A program made the translations under genes and the position numbers. The notes under the pieces are model-generated. The model did not search any database, was not told the origin of the DNA, and was given only the letters and a program-made list of their open reading frames with translations. A DNA stretch of 64,000 nt from Rhynchopus sp. YZ270_cl-10 (lineage: Eukaryota): NCBI GenBank assembly GCA_964035575.1, contig OZ037833.1:1922001-1986000 (forward strand), given 5' to 3'. Shown here in pieces: positions 58,301 through 64,000 of the stretch. Numbering within the stretch: the stretch's first letter is position 1; each line of letters begins with the position of its first letter.

Positions 58301-61300
58301 CATGAGGTATTCGTCGTGGCGGACTGCGACCTTGGGAAGCATGAACATCTGTTGTGGTGTGGTTGTTTGTCTCAAAAGCAAAGCTGGTCAAGATTTTCGT
58401 GTTCAGTCACTCATATCTTACCAGGCTGTTGCCGATATACGAATTATCAGCCTTTTTTTCCCACTGGGAACTCATACCTTTACGTTTTGCCCCAGAATCT
58501 CGGACTCTTCGTACTTCGTGAGCTTCGCGAAGGAGCTGTTCACTTCTCTGACCTTTCCGAAGGAGTCTAGCTTGATGATAGCCTCGGGCGAGTGCAGGAA
58601 GACGGACTCTGCCAGCGCCTTGTCGTGCTCCATCTTATCCTTCTCCGAGAGGTCCTCGGCGTATCCAATGTAGAGCCTGATGCCGTCGTTCATCACCTCC
58701 TTCACCCACAGCGAAAGAAGCACATTTGTTCCGTCGGACCTCCGCCCCTCAACAATCCGCTTCGTGTCAATCACCTTCTTGATCCCCGACCGCAGATACC
58801 GTGATAGGTATCCATCATGCAGCGGCTCATGCTCGTCTGAGACAAGCATCTTAATGTTTTTCCCAATAACGTCACGTTTGTCGTACTTCCACACCCGCTC
58901 TGCAGACTGCGAAATCGTTTGAATAGTCCCCTCCTGATCCATAGTAATAATAGGTATCGTGATAGATTTGTTGATCTGTGCGTTCAACAGTGTAATCCAC
59001 TCCAGCTGTTTTTCTTCTTCTATGTCCCGCAGGTAGCCAATGTAATGCGCGACCCCGGTGATCTTCGAGACAAGCTCCTCCACAGCGAGGCTGATGTGGA
59101 AGATGGACCCGTCAGAGCGCTTTGCGGTGGAGTTTATTGTCTTTCCGATGACCTTCTTTACTCTGGTCTGCTGGTAGGTTTGCAGGTAGCCGTCGTGCTT
59201 GGAGGAGAGGTAGGGTGGGAGCAGCATTTTGACGTTGTGCCCGATGACGTCCTCAGTGGTGTACTTGAATACCCTGACTGCAGCGGGGTTGAAGGTTGTG
59301 ACGATGCCCTTGTCTGTTATCGATATGATCGGTGCTGGCGAGTGTTCAATGTTCTTCGTCTGGATGTCGATCATCAGCTTGGCCACCTCTTGTCGCAGAT
59401 CGCGTATGAACGCAAGGAAGACAAATTCATCCGACGGGAGGGTCACCTCCTTCACCTCAAGGGAGATGGGGAACTCGCCGTCCGTCGCATGCACACCAAC
59501 CACCTCCCGAGATAGGTCAATGACATTACGGATGCCTGTCTGCAGGTAGTTCGACAAATACATGTCGTGCTTTGAAGCCACGTCAGGCGGCATCAGAGCG
59601 TTCACACTCTGGTTCAAAATCTTCTCCGAAGAGATACCGAACAATTCCTCTGCAGAATCGGAAAACGACAGCACATTCCCAACATTGTCAATGGACACAA
59701 TCGGAATAGGGTTGAGGTTTGAAATCGTGGTATGTATCAAGTGCTCGTACTCAACAATGAAATCGCCAGTTCGATCGTGAATGTATCCCAGGAACAGCGA
59801 AGAGGAACCGAACTCCTTAAGACGCACCTCCTTGATGTTGAGTACAACCGGGAGGACCTGGCCGTTCTTCTTCATGGCCAGAACGTTCGTCTCTGCATCA
59901 ATGACTTTCTTGACACCGGTCTTCAAGTACGCCGCCACGTAGCCGTCGTGGTGCTTGGCGTGTTCCTCTGTCATGAGCATGTTGATGTTCTGGCCCACCG
60001 CTTCGTCAGAGGAATACCCAAAGCAGCGCTCTGCTGCACGGTTGAACACAGTGATCAACGCCAACGTGTCGATGCATATCATCGGCACAGAGGACATCTG
60101 CTGGATGGTTGCATTGAGCTTGCGGGCCGCCTCCAACTCGAAGGCCTTCGCCAAATCCTTTATGGTGGAGATGAAGACAGGCTCTTCACCGGGCCTGCTG
60201 TGCTCACGCACAGAGATCTCCATTGGGAAGCGAGTTCCGTCCTTGCGGTAGCCCGGCACTCTTCTGACGGACCCAATCACCTTTTTGATACCTGTTCGCA
60301 TGTATGATTGAAGCCAGCCGGAGTGGTGCTTTGCGTATTCAGGTGGCATGAGCAGTTTAACGTTCGATCCGACCACTTCAGACTGCTGCCACCCAAAGAC
60401 ACACTCGCCACCCTGCGTGAACTTTATAACAGATCCTGTGCTGGTGATGGCAATGATGGGGACGGCAGAGAGCTCGACGATCCACTCACTGATTACCTCC
60501 ATCGGGTTGTCGTCACGCACCTTCCCGAGGTCAAGGTACTCTTGGATGACAGGAACGGTTACTCGCACCTCGCTTGGAATCATCTTCAACATGATGTTCG
60601 TCCCTGTGTCTTGGTGCAGCAGCTCCAATATCACAGGACGGAACACAAAAATCAGCTCAGCAAAGACGACCACAACAGTAAACACGATAACGGCGATGAA
60701 GTAGGTAAACCATTCGTCATTGCTATCCGACGCGTCTGTATGGAAATGAGACGTACTCTGCTCAAGGGCGTAGACGAGGGTGTCGACCGACTTCTCCATT
60801 GACGCATAATTCGACTGCGCAACTGCTGCTGACTTAGTCTCTATCATGGACGATGCTGTTGCGAGGAACACACCTGTGGCAATGTCGACACCTTTTTCTA
60901 GTTGCTTTTGGGACTCCATAATTTCGACAGGTGTTTTGCATATTGGGAAGTCGAAGGCTTTGTTTGAGAAGAGCTCCGTTGGGTTGCTTAGACGGTTTAT
61001 GTCGCCGCTCTCGCGGTCCTTTCCAAAGTAGAGGTTACCCACGTTGTGCTCTGCGTCACGTATCGTCTTGTAGAGGCGGTGCTTCTCGATGTACTTTCGT
61101 TGGCCGTCCGTGTTAGAGAACTTCACAGCGCTTACCTGGGCATCTGCCACGCCTGCCTCACGCTTCGAAGAAAAGAAGATAGTGTGGGCATCCGTGTTAA
61201 AGTTGACCAGGGACGTGACCTGCAGAGCGTATAGTGCCGAAAACAAAACCCCAACCACCAACACACACACCTTCCCACGAAGCGAGATCGTCGACCCCGT

Positions 61301-64000
61301 CTCAGAGCCCACACTCGACCCAAAGTGGCGGCTGCTCTCAAGGTAGTGGTTAAACAGCAAAATGAACATCACCACCAAAATCGCAATCGCCCCCACACTG
61401 ACCCCTAGCCATGTGTACGACAAGGACAGGAGGTGGTCGCCCGCATCCTCGCTGATCTTCAGGTACTCATCATAGTTGGACGCCGTCTTCCGAAGAAGAT
61501 ACTGCAGCTCTTCGGTCAAAGTGGAGAAGTGGTGCGAGGAGATAATATTGCGTGCCAGTTTCTTCTGAAGCTTGCTTGACATGGCCTTGTCTTTCGGGGT
61601 GGTTGTGTACCACGCCTGGTCGGGGTAGTTCACCACGAAGCTCTCTGCACCCTCCTCCTTCTTGAAGTCCCAGAACAGCCCCGAGAGCTCGCCGTACGCA
61701 TTCTCGTCGACTTCCTTCTCCTCGGACCACACCTTGAGGCAAATCGATATGGAGCAGAGGCTGTGCAGGTGTGAGAAGAGCCTTTTCACTTCGGCAGCTT
61801 CTTTGTCCTGCAGCACAGCGTCAATGGTTGCACCGAAGTCGTCTTGGGTGGCCAGTTTCCAGAAGAGGATGTACTGTTGGTAGTCGTATGTGGCAACGAA
61901 GATGCGGGTGGCTTCGATCATGCTGCTGGCAACATCTTTCAGGTGTGTCTGCTGTTCGAAGAACAATTCCAGGCGATGCATATCTGAAGAACCGATTTCC
62001 TCCTTGATATCAAGGCACGTATGCAGGCAGAATGCCACCACACCTAGCAAGATGAGCATCCCTATGGCATAGGACTGCTTCCACAGAACAGGGTTCCGGA
62101 TAAGCCCTGTGAAGCTCAGGATGGACGCGACTATGAACAATGCACACACACAAATGCCCGCAACACAGGACAACTCCCCGTAGCTTGAAAAACTTTGAAG
62201 CTCCCTCCCTTCTGTGATATCGTGGCCAAACTTCTTCATTGCCGCCTGAAACTTCCTCGTCAGTTCCCCATTCACAAGCTCTTGTATGAGCACCTCTTTA
62301 TCGTGGTGGCTCATGGAAAGGTCGTCATGCGTGCTCGACAGCTTGGCCAGGGTGGGGTGCAGCAATGCATCAATGGTGTTTGGGTTCCTCCACTCCAATC
62401 CGTTGAGGACATGCTGCAGAGTGATGGCGGTGCCGTGCACGGACGCTGCAATGCGCAGGGCCACTGCCTCGTACCTGCTTATCTCATCCGAAAGGTCGAT
62501 CAGGTCCTGAAAGCTTGCCACCACAAAGCTTTCCGCCCCTAGCTCCAAGATGTCGTGCTTCAAGCCGGTCATGTCCATGTGGACAGTGTGGTTGCTGTAG
62601 TGCACCAAATAGAGCGGGTTCGCTGTCTGCACGAAGGAAAGCACTTCCTTCCGTGTGTCGCGGTGTCGGTCGGCACACTCGCTCAATATTTTGAATGCCC
62701 TGATTTCGCGGATCTGCGGCTTCCATGTCGTGTCCACAAACACGAAGAACATGCCCGACAGGCCCACCAACACAAACGCACAAAATACGAGGATACCAGA
62801 GTTGACGGCAGAAGGCATGTCGATCTCAAGTTCAACCTCCTTCTCGATGCTGTACTGCTCGGCATCGCTGTTCATGAGCTCAACACCCTCCTGCTCTAAT
62901 ACGTCTTCGGAGCTGTCCGAATCAGACTCGCTCTTCTTTGAGGAGACTTGGCTGTTTTGTTCGGTGTATTTGTCGCTCTTTTGGTCGAGAAGGTGCAGCT
63001 TGCCTTTTGTCATGCGGTTCAATTCGTTAAGCTCCGGCTTCGGGATGAGAGTAAAGAGATTCAGTGCCTCCAGCTTTGCCTGGTCAATCTCTTCGAAGCT
63101 TGTGACAAGCAGCACGTACACCAGCAGAATGATGAGAAGCCCCACGGAGTACACGAAGGTTGTCGTCAAGATGGTTGTTCTGAAGTACTCTTCAGACTCC
63201 TCAAGACGGAGGGAGAGTGAGTGGTCGTACATCTCCACCAGGGCGGACCCTGCGTTCTCCTCAACCCATTTGTAAGCGAGCAGCTGTATGCCGGACCCGT
63301 TCGTGCCTAGCGTGCGCATCACGGCGGCAAACTCGTAGCCCAGGTTAAAGAGCCCAAAGCGCTCCACAGAGGACGTCCCGACGTTGAGAGGATGTGGCAT
63401 GAGTGCGCTTGCGGTCTTGTCTTCCATGTATGCGACGTGCGGCTTGTAGGTGCTCACTCCATCACCTAAACAAAGGTAGTCGTGGTGCGCCTCAAAGTCA
63501 GACACAATACTGTCCACAGCGCGCAGGCGGTCCTCAATACGCGTGTGGTCAAACGTCGTCGGCTCCAAGAACGAATCACGGAAAACAAAGTGAGAACACT
63601 CCGGGACCTGCGCACACGCCTGCAAAGAGTGGTACGCTGCCTGCTGGCTCAACGAACGTGCCGCACCAACAGAACGCATTCCCTTGATGATCGCGTCGCA
63701 CTCCTTAACATGTCTCATCTGGAACAAGGACTGCCCTGCCAAGAACAACAAAAACACAAAGACTGTCCCAACCACCGTGGTACGCAGTTTGCGCAGCTGT
63801 GTTTCGTGCAGAGAGTTCGAGAATGACGCTGTCTCCGACGTGGGCTGGAACTTTGTCGTCTTCTTGAAGTCTGCGTCCTGCCCGACATGGTCACGCAGGC
63901 TGGACGCGTTCTCTTCGTCGTTCATGACCTGCTCCAAGAAGAGGGCGTACGAAAGCAGCACGCTGTCGTCGGCAGTTGCGTCCAGCACCCTCCTGAACTG
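55329..64000 (-). CDS. Giant multi-pass membrane protein (TmcB-like region) ending in 13 tandem FixL-type PAS domains; 5' end outside window
   Basis: Exons >=63988-58478, 58348-58274, 58223-58128, 58069-57876 and 57801-55329, joined in frame by four GTATG..CAG introns. About 8 hydrophobic helices. Repeated motif GxNVxxLMPxxxxxxHDGYLxxYxxTGxKxVI. Confidence 0.92.

Overview
Eukaryotic genomic DNA, probably from a diplonemid or related euglenozoan (inference). The evidence is a kinetoplastid-like eL13 N-terminus, an NRK-type NEK kinase with a C-terminal PH domain, short GT-AG introns mostly starting GTATG, and every credible host gene lying on the minus strand. Genes include a SERGT/HPAT-like glycosyltransferase, several coiled-coil proteins, the NEK-PH kinase, a dually acylated FKBP missed by the ORF track, mitochondrial ACP, RPL13 and a DUF4211-like protein. 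The window ends in the 3' part of a giant multi-TM protein carrying 13 tandem FixL-type PAS domains. Non-coding DNA holds MITEs and TIR elements (one with its empty site inside the window), a hAT remnant, a decayed tyrosine-recombinase retroelement, satellites and a six-copy C/D snoRNA-like cluster. It also holds several families of short hairpin modules that are strand-polarised, show covariation, and sit in the longer introns, in front of genes and in gene-free stretches. The hairpin modules and the 13-PAS sensor are the best candidates for undescribed biology. All family assignments come from motif recognition by eye; no database search was run.
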